This document shows positions 41,583 to 50,687 of a stretch of DNA of 64,000 nucleotides, piece after piece. Below the pieces are notes generated by a model, which was given only the letters and a program-made list of their open reading frames with translations, did no database searches and had not been told where the DNA came from. Source of the DNA: a bacterium. GTDB taxonomy: Bacteria; Bacillota; Clostridia; Lachnospirales; Lachnospiraceae. The DNA lies in assembly GCA_963593905.1 (NCBI GenBank), contig CAVBBL010000006.1:6139-70138 (forward strand), read 5' to 3'. Both the position numbers and the translations under genes were made by a program. Within the stretch, counting starts at the first letter, position 1. Each line of letters begins with the position of its first letter.

Positions 41583-42986
41583 TTATTTAGATTTGCTGCC
41601 CTCTCCGGCAAAATACTCCTTCGCCAGCTTGCATACCACACCGCTTAAGAGGAACACACCGATCAGGTTCGGAATGGCCATCAATCCATTAAAGGTATCG
41701 GCAATATCCCAGAGCAGTCCCAGGTCAATAGTAGCCCCCAGGATAGACACAAGGGAATAAACCACCAGGAAGGGGCGCACCACCTTATCCGTAGAGAAAA
41801 GGAAGCTGATGCATCGGGAGCCGTAGAGGCCCCAGCTGATAATGGTGGAAAAAGCAAAGCAGCAAAGAGCCAGCGCTGTAAAGATGGTGATCCAGTTGCC
41901 ATAGACAAGGGTAAAACCGGAAATCGTCAGTTCCGCCCCGGCTGCCTGTCCGTATCCCACGGTCGTGCCGCTGCACAGGATAACCAATGCAGTCAATGTA
42001 CAAATGACAATGGTATCTGCAAAAACTTCGAAGATACCGAACATGCCCTGCTTCACCGGCTTGCTGGTATCCGCACAGGCATGAGCGATGGAACCGGTGC
42101 CCAGTCCGGCCTCATTGGAGAAGATTCCTCTGGAAACACCCTTTTTCATACTCAGAAAAATACTGCCTACCATACCGCCGGTAAATCCTCTGGGATTAAA
42201 GGCGCCGCCGATGATGGAAGCGAAAACCTCCGGAATCCGTCCGGCATTCAGAATCACAACTCCCAGTGCCATAACTACATAGAGAAGCGCCATGAAAGGC
42301 ACCAGACGCTCCGCCACGCTTCCGATCCGCTTGATTCCCCCCAGGAGCACCATGGCCACCAGGATGGCGATGATCACACCAAGAATCAGATTCAAGTTGG
42401 AAAGCGCCTTTCCGGAAATCGGATGAAAACTGTTTACCGCAGAGATAATGGCGGTAGTAATGGTATTGACCTGGGTGGCATTGCCGGTTCCAAAGACCGT
42501 CAGCACTCCAAAGAGAGAATAGGCGAAAGCCAGCCACGCCCATTTTTTGCCAAGGCCATTACGGATATAGTACATGGGTCCGCCTACTAATTCACCGTTT
42601 TGGTTGCGTTCATGGAAATGCACGGCCAGGGTCACTTCCGCAAACTTCGTGCACATGCCGAGGATAGCGGAGCACCACATCCAGAAGACCGCACCGGGGC
42701 CTCCCAGCGCGATAGCTCCTGCCACGCCGGCAATATTGCCGGTACCCACGGTGCCTGCCAGTGCAGTACAGACCGCCTGAAAAGGCGTTATGGCGCCGTC
42801 TGAGGCATCCTTTTTCTTAAACATGCGCCCCAATGTCGTGCGGATCGCATAGGGAAACTTTCTGATCTGCAAAAAGCCGGTACGGATACTTAGGTACAGT
42901 CCCACGCCCAATATGCAGATCATAGCCGGCACGCCCCAGATAAACTGGTTCACTGCCTGATTGACAGCCGTAATCGTCTCTAACAT
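41583..42986 (-). CDS. Alanine/glycine:cation symporter (AGCS) family transporter
   Basis: It has MLETITAVNQAVNQFIWGVPAMICILGVGLYLSIRTGFLQIRKF and FQAVCTALAGTVGTGNIAGVAGAI. The start at 42986 follows GGGGAGGAGT. Confidence 0.85.
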   Translation of the reverse strand: MLETITAVNQAVNQFIWGVPAMICILGVGLYLSIRTGFLQIRKFPYAIRTTLGRMFKKKDASDGAITPFQAVCTALAGTVGTGNIAGVAGAIALGGPGAVFWMWCSAILGMCTKFAEVTLAVHFHERNQNGELVGGPMYYIRNGLGKKWAWLAFAYSLFGVLTVFGTGNATQVNTITTAIISAVNSFHPISGKALSNLNLILGVIIAILVAMVLLGGIKRIGSVAERLVPFMALLYVVMALGVVILNAGRIPEVFASIIGGAFNPRGFTGGMVGSIFLSMKKGVSRGIFSNEAGLGTGSIAHACADTSKPVKQGMFGIFEVFADTIVICTLTALVILCSGTTVGYGQAAGAELTISGFTLVYGNWITIFTALALCCFAFSTIISWGLYGSRCISFLFSTDKVVRPFLVVYSLVSILGATIDLGLLWDIADTFNGLMAIPNLIGVFLLSGVVCKLAKEYFAGEGSKSK

Positions 42987-43044
42987 ACTCCTCCCCATTT
43001 CCAAGAAGCATTTCAGGAGAAAACAGCGAACAGCCTTCCTTCTT

Positions 43045-43088
43045 CCACCTGTTTCTGCAGCTGTTTCGGCAGCTGTAGAAACAGGTGG
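43045..43088. other. 19-bp near-perfect inverted repeat in the AGCS leader
   Basis: CCACCTGTTTCTGCAGCTG-tttcgg-CAGCTGTAGAAACAGGTGG lies 60-100 nt upstream of the start. No T-run follows on either strand. Confidence 0.7.
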
Positions 43089-43281
43089 ATTTGCAGCTGT
43101 ATTGCGGTTTTCTCTTTGCTCTTTTTTATTCTTAGTATTTTTTTGCGTACAATCGGTTTATTTTAGCATAGGAGTATGATTCTGCGCAAATCTGTAAACT
43201 CGTAAAGTCGCAAATGTGCAAAGTCCCATAAGTCACCGCCTCACTAAGACTGACATCCGTATCGATTGTCCGTACAGATAC

Positions 43282-43320
43282 GAAAAAAAAGATCGGCTGC
43301 TGTTTATTAAGCAACCGACC
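43282..43320 (-). terminator. Terminator after the MATE gene
   Basis: The minus sense reads GGTCGGTTGC-ttaataaaca-GCAGCCGATC then TTTTTTTT. Two G-U pairs form only in this sense. Confidence 0.7.
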
Positions 43321-43336
43321 TTTCGCCGTTTTATTA

Positions 43337-44692
43337 TCAGATGGCTTTTTTACCGACCATCATTTTCTTATTGTAATAAAGGAAAAATCCCACATTCAGC
43401 ACAATGCCCACACAGGTGGAGATAGGTGCTGCCAGACCAATCTTGGTAAGGCTGGCATTGGCCTCACTGCTGAAGAGATAGGCCAGAGGGAGGCGCACCA
43501 ATAAGGTCTGCACCAGTCCCTGAATCATCACCCACACTGTCTGATCGCTGCCGTTAAAGAAGCCCACCATACTGAAAAGAACGGCTGTGACGATAGCCTC
43601 CGGAGCAAATCCCTTCAGATAGGCAAAGGCATTCTGTATAACCCCGGCGTCGGTGGAAAAGATGCCTGAGAGCACATCTCCCTTGAGCATCACCAGACCA
43701 AAGACCATACAGCCGATGACCAATCCCACACCGATACCGGTGAACATGGACTTTTTGGCACGCCTGTAATCCCCTGCGCCCACATTCTGAGAGACAAAGG
43801 AGGCCATAGACTGCATCAGGGAGCTGGGAATCAGCATGGCGAAATTGACGATCTTGCAGGCCACGCCGTAGCCCGAGGAGGCCTCCAGACCCAGACGGTT
43901 TACGAAAGCACAGAGCGCCAGGAAGGAAACCTGGGTCAGAAATTCCTGTAATGCCAAAGGAAGGCCAATGGCCAGAAATCGCCTGCACTGGTCATTTAAG
44001 CGGATGTCTGATTTATGAATCTTAAAGGACAGATTTTTCTTAAGCAGCATCCACACCGCGCAGACCACGCTGACTGCCTGGGCAAATACCGTGGCAAAGG
44101 CGGCGCCGGCGGCATCCATATGGAAAACAGCTACCAGCAGCAGATCTCCGAAAATATTACAAATACAGGCGATCAGCACGAAGATCAGCGGGGACTTGCT
44201 GTCTCCAAGACCACGGAAGATCGCAGAAAGTAAATTATAAGCTACGATGAAGAAAATGCCGCTGCCGCAGATACGAACATAGCTGGTGGTCAGCGTCACT
44301 GCCTCATCCGGTGCCTGCATAAGAATGGAAATCTGTCTCGCAAAGCAGACCATCCCCAAGAACAGGATAACCGACAAGATCAAAAACACCACCACGGAAC
44401 CGCCGATGACAGCACCGATGCGCTCCGGCTTTTTCTCACCCAGATACCGGGCAATCAGAACAGTGACGCCCATAGCCAACTGCGTCACCACAAAGGTGAC
44501 CAGGTTCAGCACCTGGCTGCCCGTAGATACAGCGGACAGGCCGGAGGTAGAGCCAAATCGCCCCACTACCAACAGATCCACGGCGCCGTAAGCGGCCTGC
44601 AAAGCCAAAGCCCCCAGAATCGGAAACATGAACAGAATCAATTTCTGCAGAATACTGCCTTTTGTAAAATCTCCTTTTTCAGTTGCTGTCAT
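43337..44692 (-). CDS. MATE-family efflux transporter
   Basis: It has MTATEKGDFTKGSILQKLILFMFPILGALALQAAYGAVDLLVVGRFG and 12 TM helices. The ATG overlaps the MarR TAA (TAATG at 44692). Confidence 0.85.
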   Translation of the reverse strand: MTATEKGDFTKGSILQKLILFMFPILGALALQAAYGAVDLLVVGRFGSTSGLSAVSTGSQVLNLVTFVVTQLAMGVTVLIARYLGEKKPERIGAVIGGSVVVFLILSVILFLGMVCFARQISILMQAPDEAVTLTTSYVRICGSGIFFIVAYNLLSAIFRGLGDSKSPLIFVLIACICNIFGDLLLVAVFHMDAAGAAFATVFAQAVSVVCAVWMLLKKNLSFKIHKSDIRLNDQCRRFLAIGLPLALQEFLTQVSFLALCAFVNRLGLEASSGYGVACKIVNFAMLIPSSLMQSMASFVSQNVGAGDYRRAKKSMFTGIGVGLVIGCMVFGLVMLKGDVLSGIFSTDAGVIQNAFAYLKGFAPEAIVTAVLFSMVGFFNGSDQTVWVMIQGLVQTLLVRLPLAYLFSSEANASLTKIGLAAPISTCVGIVLNVGFFLYYNKKMMVGKKAI

Positions 44693-45132
44693 TATGCCCT
44701 CCATTCCGACATGATCTGATACATCCTGGTGATGGTGCGGATCATGCACTGTGCATCCTCTTGTGTTATATCTTCCATGCGCCTGCATAGATTTTCAAAA
44801 ACCTCTGTATTATAAATCTGCGACAGTTCCCTGCCCTCCTTCGTCATATGCAGATAGGTGATACGGCCATCCTCCGCAGAGACCGTCTTGGTCAGATACC
44901 CTTTTGTCTCCATCTCCTTGATGGTCCTGGTGACGCCGGGCCTTGGCAGTCCTAAAGCATCACTGATATCCGATACCTTTACCTGCATCCCTCGCTGCTC
45001 CATCTGCTCCATGACATCCAGATACTGGACATAGGAGGAGGCCACCCCTTTTGGCAAAGGCGGCAGCAGATCTCTGGTACGCTTGGCCAGATAACAGGCG
45101 TCCATCATTTGTTTTAAAAGCTCTATAGTCAT
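44692..45132 (-). CDS. MarR-family transcriptional regulator
   Basis: The winged HTH is VSDISDALGLPRPGVTRTIKEMETKGYLTKTVSAEDGRITYLHMTKEG. The start at 45132 follows AAAGGAAGAAAACC. Confidence 0.8.
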   Translation of the reverse strand: MTIELLKQMMDACYLAKRTRDLLPPLPKGVASSYVQYLDVMEQMEQRGMQVKVSDISDALGLPRPGVTRTIKEMETKGYLTKTVSAEDGRITYLHMTKEGRELSQIYNTEVFENLCRRMEDITQEDAQCMIRTITRMYQIMSEWRA

Positions 45133-45403
45133 GGTTTTCTTCCTTTTTCTCCGATGGCCGTAACTGTAAAGTAAGAATTTCAGATTCTCGTCTGCCATCA
45201 TGGCTATTTGTTTCTTTCTGAAGCAAATAACTGTGCAAAAACAATGAGAATCGAAGATTTTCATTTGCCATCGGGCATATTTTTCACACTAATGACACTA
45301 GTTTATATTATGCAGTGTTTAATAATTATCTCATGTAATTACCATTGATAATTATATGAAATTGCTTGATTTTGTCAACATAAAAATATCGTAGGATAAA
45401 TAA

Positions 45404-45437
45404 TGCCTGAATATCTGCACAGCTTGATATTCAGGCA
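45404..45437. terminator. Intergenic hairpin (12-bp stem) between the AKR and MarR genes
   Basis: The hairpin reads TGCCTGAATATC-tgcacagctt-GATATTCAGGCA. Confidence 0.35.
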
Positions 45438-45491
45438 CTTTATTACATTATTCTGTTGTATTTTGTCATTTTTCCGCTCGTTTTTATAAAT

Positions 45492-45532
45492 ACACCCCTA
45501 TACTCTTTCGAGCATAGGGGTGTACGTTTTTT
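45492..45532. terminator. Hairpin whose canonical T-run is on the plus strand, where no gene is annotated
   Basis: ACACCCCTAT-actctttcgagc-ATAGGGGTGT is followed by ACGTTTTTTC on the plus strand. The minus sense has only ATTTATAAAAAC. Confidence 0.45.
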
Positions 45533-45643
45533 CATGATATCTTCCGCGGAATTTTTATATAGTAGATACCCGCTTTTCAAAGTAATGCTCTGCCTGTCTG
45601 TACTGCCTGGTTTTTACAGGAAAGTTCTGCAGAACGGATAGCC

Positions 45644-46660
45644 TTACAAAAATGTCTGATAATCCGCGTAATTCTTCTCCAATAAGGAAGGCGTGTCCAA
45701 CTCATAGGGACATTTTCTGGTACACTGCCCGCAATGGAGACATTGCTTTGTCTTTTCCATCTCTGCCTGCCAATAGTCGGAGAGCCATGCCAAAGAAGGT
45801 GCTCGGCGCAGCATCAGACTCATGCGGGCACATTGGTTGATCTGGATGCCGGCAGGACAGGGCATACAATAGCCGCAGCCCCGGCAGAATTCCCCGGAGA
45901 GCTGATTCTTCTCCTCTCGGATAAACGCTTCCAGCTCCGATGTCATAACGGGCGTATTGTCCATATAGGAGAGCCACTCTTCCAGTTCTTCCTCTTTCTG
46001 AATGCCCCAGATCGGCAATACATCATCGAACTGGGTCATAAAAGCCATAGCTGCCTCAGATCGGTTGATTAATCCGCCGGCTAAGCCCTTCATGGCAATA
46101 AAGCCCACCTGATGTTCCTTACAGACCTTTTTCAGGTTCATCTCCAGATCACCTGCCAAATAGGAAAATGGAAACTGCGTGGTCTCATAGAGATCAGAAG
46201 CTGCCACCTCGCAGGCCACGCCGATCTTGTGCGCAGTGGCACCTATATGACGAATCTTACCCTGTGCCTTGGCCTCCAGCATGCATTCATACATGCCGGT
46301 GCCGTCCCCCGGCTTCCAGCATTGCCCCATCTGATGAAACTGATACAGATCGATGTACTCTGTCCGCAGATTGGTAAGGGATATCTCCAGATCCTTCCAA
46401 AAAGCTTCCGGTGTCTTCGCTGTCGTCTTTGTGGCAATATAAATCTGCTCTCTCGGTATATACCCGTCGCCAAAGGCCAGACCTAACTTTTCCTCGCTGT
46501 CAGAATAGGCTCTGGCGGTGTCAAAGAATCGCATACCTCCCTCATAGGCCCGACGCAGTATTCTTACAGCTGCCTCTTTATCCCGGCGCTGCACAGGCAG
46601 CGCCCCGAAGCCATTTTGCGGCACAGTGATACCAGTCTTGCCAAGCGTAATATTCTTCAT
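45644..46660 (-). CDS. Aldo/keto reductase with C-terminal 2x[4Fe-4S]-type Cys motifs
   Basis: The AKR N-terminus is MKNITLGKTGITVPQNGFGALPV...FFDTARAYSDSE. The C-terminus has CRGCGYCMPCP and CLHCGQCTRKCP. Confidence 0.8.
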   Translation of the reverse strand: MKNITLGKTGITVPQNGFGALPVQRRDKEAAVRILRRAYEGGMRFFDTARAYSDSEEKLGLAFGDGYIPREQIYIATKTTAKTPEAFWKDLEISLTNLRTEYIDLYQFHQMGQCWKPGDGTGMYECMLEAKAQGKIRHIGATAHKIGVACEVAASDLYETTQFPFSYLAGDLEMNLKKVCKEHQVGFIAMKGLAGGLINRSEAAMAFMTQFDDVLPIWGIQKEEELEEWLSYMDNTPVMTSELEAFIREEKNQLSGEFCRGCGYCMPCPAGIQINQCARMSLMLRRAPSLAWLSDYWQAEMEKTKQCLHCGQCTRKCPYELDTPSLLEKNYADYQTFL

Positions 46661-46698
46661 ACCTACCTCCCTATGCCGCCTTCCGGCATGGAAGCAGC

Positions 46699-49044
46699 CT
46701 AGATCTCCACTTCCGTCTTCTCTGTCAGCACAGCGCTTACCTTGCGGCCATCCTCCAGGATGATCTCGGCTGTGGCATCCTGCAGCTTGCCTTCTACCTC
46801 AAAGGTAATCTTGCTGCCGTTTCTGGTAGCCTTGACTACAGCTGCGGTCTCGGCGTGCAGATCCGGGATCTCGCAGACAGCGGTCTCACCGTCTACCGGC
46901 AGATACAGACGCAGCACAGGATGTTCTGTGTAATCGTAATCCGGCACGTCCTTATGGCTGCCGAAGGCCAGAAGGGATCCCTCCCGGACAAAGACAGGCA
47001 GGTTCATGTAAGTATAGGTCTTCTCATACCACTTACCGCCATCTAAGATCTCACCGTCGATCAGACCGATCCACTTACCGGTTCTGGCTGCGCTCTCCTC
47101 CTTCTGCACACCGGGCAGATAGAAGCGGCCCAGACTCTCGTCATTAAAGATCGGTGCCACCAGCACGGCATCACCCAGCATATATTCCAGATCCAGGTTC
47201 CGGCATGCCAGATCCTTCGGGAACTGGAAGGGCATGGGACGCATGACCGGCACACCGGTGCGGTGGGCATCTCCTGCCAGCTTGTAATAGTAAGGCATCA
47301 TGGAGCACTTTAATTCGCTGAAGAAGCGCACCACATCATTTGACTCCTCGTCAAAGATCCACGGCACACGGTAGGAATCGGATCCATGGAGACGGGAATG
47401 GGTGGAGAATAAGCCAAACTGTGCCCATCTCTTGTAAAGATCCGGGGTTGCTGTCTTTTCAAAGCCGGAAATATCGTGGCTCCAGAAAGCAAAACCACTC
47501 ATCATAAAGGAAAGACCTGCATGTATCGTCTCTGCCATGGAACTGTAGCTGGCCTCGCAGTCGCCGCCCCAGTGAATGGGGAACTTCTGACTGCCCACGG
47601 TAGCACTTCTGGCAAACAGAACGGCCTCACCCTTTCCTCTTACCTCCTCAATGGCGGTAAAGACTACCTTGTTGTACAGGTAGGTATAATAATTGTGCAT
47701 GGAAATCGGATCGCTGCCGTCATAGTAGGTGACATCGATGGGCACTCTCTCGCCGAAGTCTGTCTTAATCGCGTCAATGCCTGCGTGCAGCAGTCCCTTG
47801 ACCTTGCCTGCATACCATGCGCAGGCTTCCGGATTGGTGAAGTCCACCAGTGCCATGCCCGGCTGCCAGGTATCTACCTGCTTAACGCCTCTGCCGTCTT
47901 TTCTCTTAAGGAAGTAGCCCTTTTGTGCCCCCTCCCGGAACATCTCCGTATCCTGGGCCACGTAAGGATTGATCCAGCAGCAAAGCTTAAGACCCTTGTC
48001 ATGGTAGCGCTTTAACATTCCCTCCACATCAGAGAAGACCACCGGATCCCAGGTGAAGTCGCACCAATGCAAAGCACGGAGCCAATAGCAGTCGAAGTGG
48101 AATACACGCAGCGGGATATTTCTCTCTTCCATACCGCCGATCAGCTTGTTAGTAGTATCCTCATCATAGCTGGGCTTAAAGCTGGTGGTCAGCCACAGGC
48201 CAAAGCTCCATGCCGGAGGCAGTGCCGGACGGCCGGTGAGTGCGGTGTATACCTTGATGATCTCTGCCGGATTCTCACCGTACATTACATGCATCCGCAG
48301 CTGCTCGCCAGGAACAGATACACCTACATAGCCCACTTTTTCGGAACAAACTTCATAGGAAACAGCGCCGGTGTGGTCGGTGAATACACCGTATCCCTCG
48401 CTGCTCATGTAGAAGGGAATATTCTTGTAGCCGATATCGCTGGCTGTACCACCGTCCTCGTTCCAGATATTGATGGTCTGGCCGTTCTTGACAAAGGGTG
48501 TGAAACGCTCACCGAAGCCGTAGATAGTCTCTCCGGGCTTTACAGAAAGCTCTCCCAGCATATAGGGCTCATAGTCCTGCTCAAAGTAGTGGGGATCCAT
48601 CCGCAGCTTGGAGGGAGAACCATTGACGCGCATATAGCCGATATTTCTGAAATTGGTTCCGGTCAGTCTCCTGCCCTCTGCCTCAAAAGCGATGGCACAG
48701 GTTTCTCTGTTGACTCTGACAGTCATATCTCCTGCGGTCATCACGGCTTCATGCTCATCCACAGTTACCTTGACCTCATCCGGATTTTCCGTCAATTCAA
48801 ATCTGGCTTCCTTAGCATCATAGCCGGCATAGTGTGTGACGGTCATGGCGATGTCATTGTGGCCGGCGGATACGATGTCGATATAAAGGACCGTTAAGTC
48901 CAGAGCATCAGCCCTGCTCTTAATGGGACGCTCCGGGGCTGCGATGCGCATGCCGTGCGGGATTTCTTCCACGGTGAAGGCCTGGGTCGCAAAGGATGCT
49001 TTTACATTCTCGCTCCGAAGCCAGTATCCATCTGTAAATTTCAT
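46699..49044 (-). CDS. GH31 alpha-xylosidase/alpha-glucosidase (YicI-like)
   Basis: It has MKFTDGYWLRSENV, the nucleophile region IDAIKTDFGERVP and WGGDCEAS. The start at 49044 follows GGAGCAGACT. Confidence 0.8.
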   Translation of the reverse strand: MKFTDGYWLRSENVKASFATQAFTVEEIPHGMRIAAPERPIKSRADALDLTVLYIDIVSAGHNDIAMTVTHYAGYDAKEARFELTENPDEVKVTVDEHEAVMTAGDMTVRVNRETCAIAFEAEGRRLTGTNFRNIGYMRVNGSPSKLRMDPHYFEQDYEPYMLGELSVKPGETIYGFGERFTPFVKNGQTINIWNEDGGTASDIGYKNIPFYMSSEGYGVFTDHTGAVSYEVCSEKVGYVGVSVPGEQLRMHVMYGENPAEIIKVYTALTGRPALPPAWSFGLWLTTSFKPSYDEDTTNKLIGGMEERNIPLRVFHFDCYWLRALHWCDFTWDPVVFSDVEGMLKRYHDKGLKLCCWINPYVAQDTEMFREGAQKGYFLKRKDGRGVKQVDTWQPGMALVDFTNPEACAWYAGKVKGLLHAGIDAIKTDFGERVPIDVTYYDGSDPISMHNYYTYLYNKVVFTAIEEVRGKGEAVLFARSATVGSQKFPIHWGGDCEASYSSMAETIHAGLSFMMSGFAFWSHDISGFEKTATPDLYKRWAQFGLFSTHSRLHGSDSYRVPWIFDEESNDVVRFFSELKCSMMPYYYKLAGDAHRTGVPVMRPMPFQFPKDLACRNLDLEYMLGDAVLVAPIFNDESLGRFYLPGVQKEESAARTGKWIGLIDGEILDGGKWYEKTYTYMNLPVFVREGSLLAFGSHKDVPDYDYTEHPVLRLYLPVDGETAVCEIPDLHAETAAVVKATRNGSKITFEVEGKLQDATAEIILEDGRKVSAVLTEKTEVEI

Positions 49045-49204
49045 AGTCTGCTCCATTCTGCAGGCCTCATATACCTGCTGTTTCGTTCGCTGCACGAGAT
49101 GGCATAAAAGTGGCGGAGCAAAGGAGCCATGCTCCCTTGCTCCGCCTTCCATGCTGTCATGTGCTACTGTCAGTTATAACCCAGTCTGCTTTACAAGTAA
49201 AGAC

Positions 49205-50608
49205 TTAGTTTGCTGCACCGTCAATTTCGTGCCAATCCTTTTCAATCTGTGCACAGGTTGCATCCTTGTCGGTGGTACCTGCTACATAGGCCTGCATTGC
49301 CTCGCCAAATGCCTGGTTGAAGCTGTCGGTGGAGTAGCAGATGGAAAGATCGCCGGATCCCTTCTCATCTACAGAAGCCTTGCCCTGCTCGATGATGGTG
49401 AAGGTAGAAGTCTCATCGGTCTTGATGGGCGGAACTACGCCTGCCACATCGGTGAACCAGCTCTGGCCATAGTCAGAGGTATACCACCAGTTGACGAAGT
49501 GAAGAACAGCGTCCAGATTCTCGGAATCCTTGTATACGTGCAGGGACTGATCGGAACCGGATACTACCTGGCAGTCTGCTGCATCGTCGCTTACCGGATA
49601 GCCGCCGAAGCCAATGTTCAGGTCGGGATTGATGGCAAGTAAGTCAGCCTCTACCCAAGCGCCCTGGCCAAGCATGAAAGCGGTGTTGCCTGCTGCGAAA
49701 GCCTGCTCCTGACCGGAAAGGTCGGTCTCAAGGGGCTTGTCATCGCCGTACTTCACTGCGGTGTCGATGAAGTCGAAGAAGTTGTCATACAGTACGGAGT
49801 AATCGGAGATCTTTGCCTCGCCGGCCTGGAACTTTGCTACCATGTCGGAAGTCTTCTCGCCGTTAGCCTTTGCTGCCGCATTCAGGAAATCCATGACATC
49901 ATGCTTGTAAACCCACCACTCCATGAAGCCGGTGGTGCATGCCTGATAACCCTTGGACTCGATGATCTCGCAGTCCTTCTTAAACTCATCCAGTGTCTGC
50001 GGAGCGCTTGCGATGCCGCAGTCATCCAGGATATCCTGGTTCCAGATCAGACCGAAGTAGTTGCCCTTGATTGCCAGACCGTAAACGCCTGTGCCGCCTT
50101 CCTCTGCGGAAGCCATAGCAGCCTTTACGCCGTCGTCCATTGCATCTACGATGGGCTGTCCTGTCAGATCGTAGGAATACTCACGATAGGTGTCGATCTC
50201 CATACCGGAGGTGGAGGAGAAGATATCCGGTACATCGCCGGAATTGATCTTAGCCTTTAATAAGGTAGGATAGTCATTTTGGGTGGTCTCGTAGTTGATG
50301 GTCACATTGGGTGCCACATTCTTGTACTCGTCGATCAGCGTATTCATGGCATCTGCATACTCCGGAGAGGAGATGAAGATGTAGACCTCACCGCTGTCTG
50401 CAGAATAGTCCACGTCACCGGAAGCTGCTGCCTCTTCTGTGGATTCCTCTGCGGAAGCATCCGCTGTATCGGAAGCTGCCGTCTCATCCTGGGTCTCTGC
50501 TGCAGATGTATCTGCTGCCGTATCCCCGGAGGAAGAAGAGCCGCATCCTGCCAGCAGTCCTGCCGCCATAACACCCGCCAATAGTGTCGCTAATACCTTC
50601 TTTTTCAT
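49205..50608 (-). CDS. Carbohydrate ABC transporter substrate-binding lipoprotein
   Basis: MKKKVLATLLAGVMAAGLLAGCGSS provides a lipobox. An acidic linker and a family-1 solute-binding fold follow. Confidence 0.8.
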   Translation of the reverse strand: MKKKVLATLLAGVMAAGLLAGCGSSSSGDTAADTSAAETQDETAASDTADASAEESTEEAAASGDVDYSADSGEVYIFISSPEYADAMNTLIDEYKNVAPNVTINYETTQNDYPTLLKAKINSGDVPDIFSSTSGMEIDTYREYSYDLTGQPIVDAMDDGVKAAMASAEEGGTGVYGLAIKGNYFGLIWNQDILDDCGIASAPQTLDEFKKDCEIIESKGYQACTTGFMEWWVYKHDVMDFLNAAAKANGEKTSDMVAKFQAGEAKISDYSVLYDNFFDFIDTAVKYGDDKPLETDLSGQEQAFAAGNTAFMLGQGAWVEADLLAINPDLNIGFGGYPVSDDAADCQVVSGSDQSLHVYKDSENLDAVLHFVNWWYTSDYGQSWFTDVAGVVPPIKTDETSTFTIIEQGKASVDEKGSGDLSICYSTDSFNQAFGEAMQAYVAGTTDKDATCAQIEKDWHEIDGAAN

Positions 50609-50687
50609 ATGTTCTCCTTTCTATAGACATATTCTATAGATGCTTCTGTATGAGCTAACATCCGTTACAGGATGAAAGTTCCTTCTT

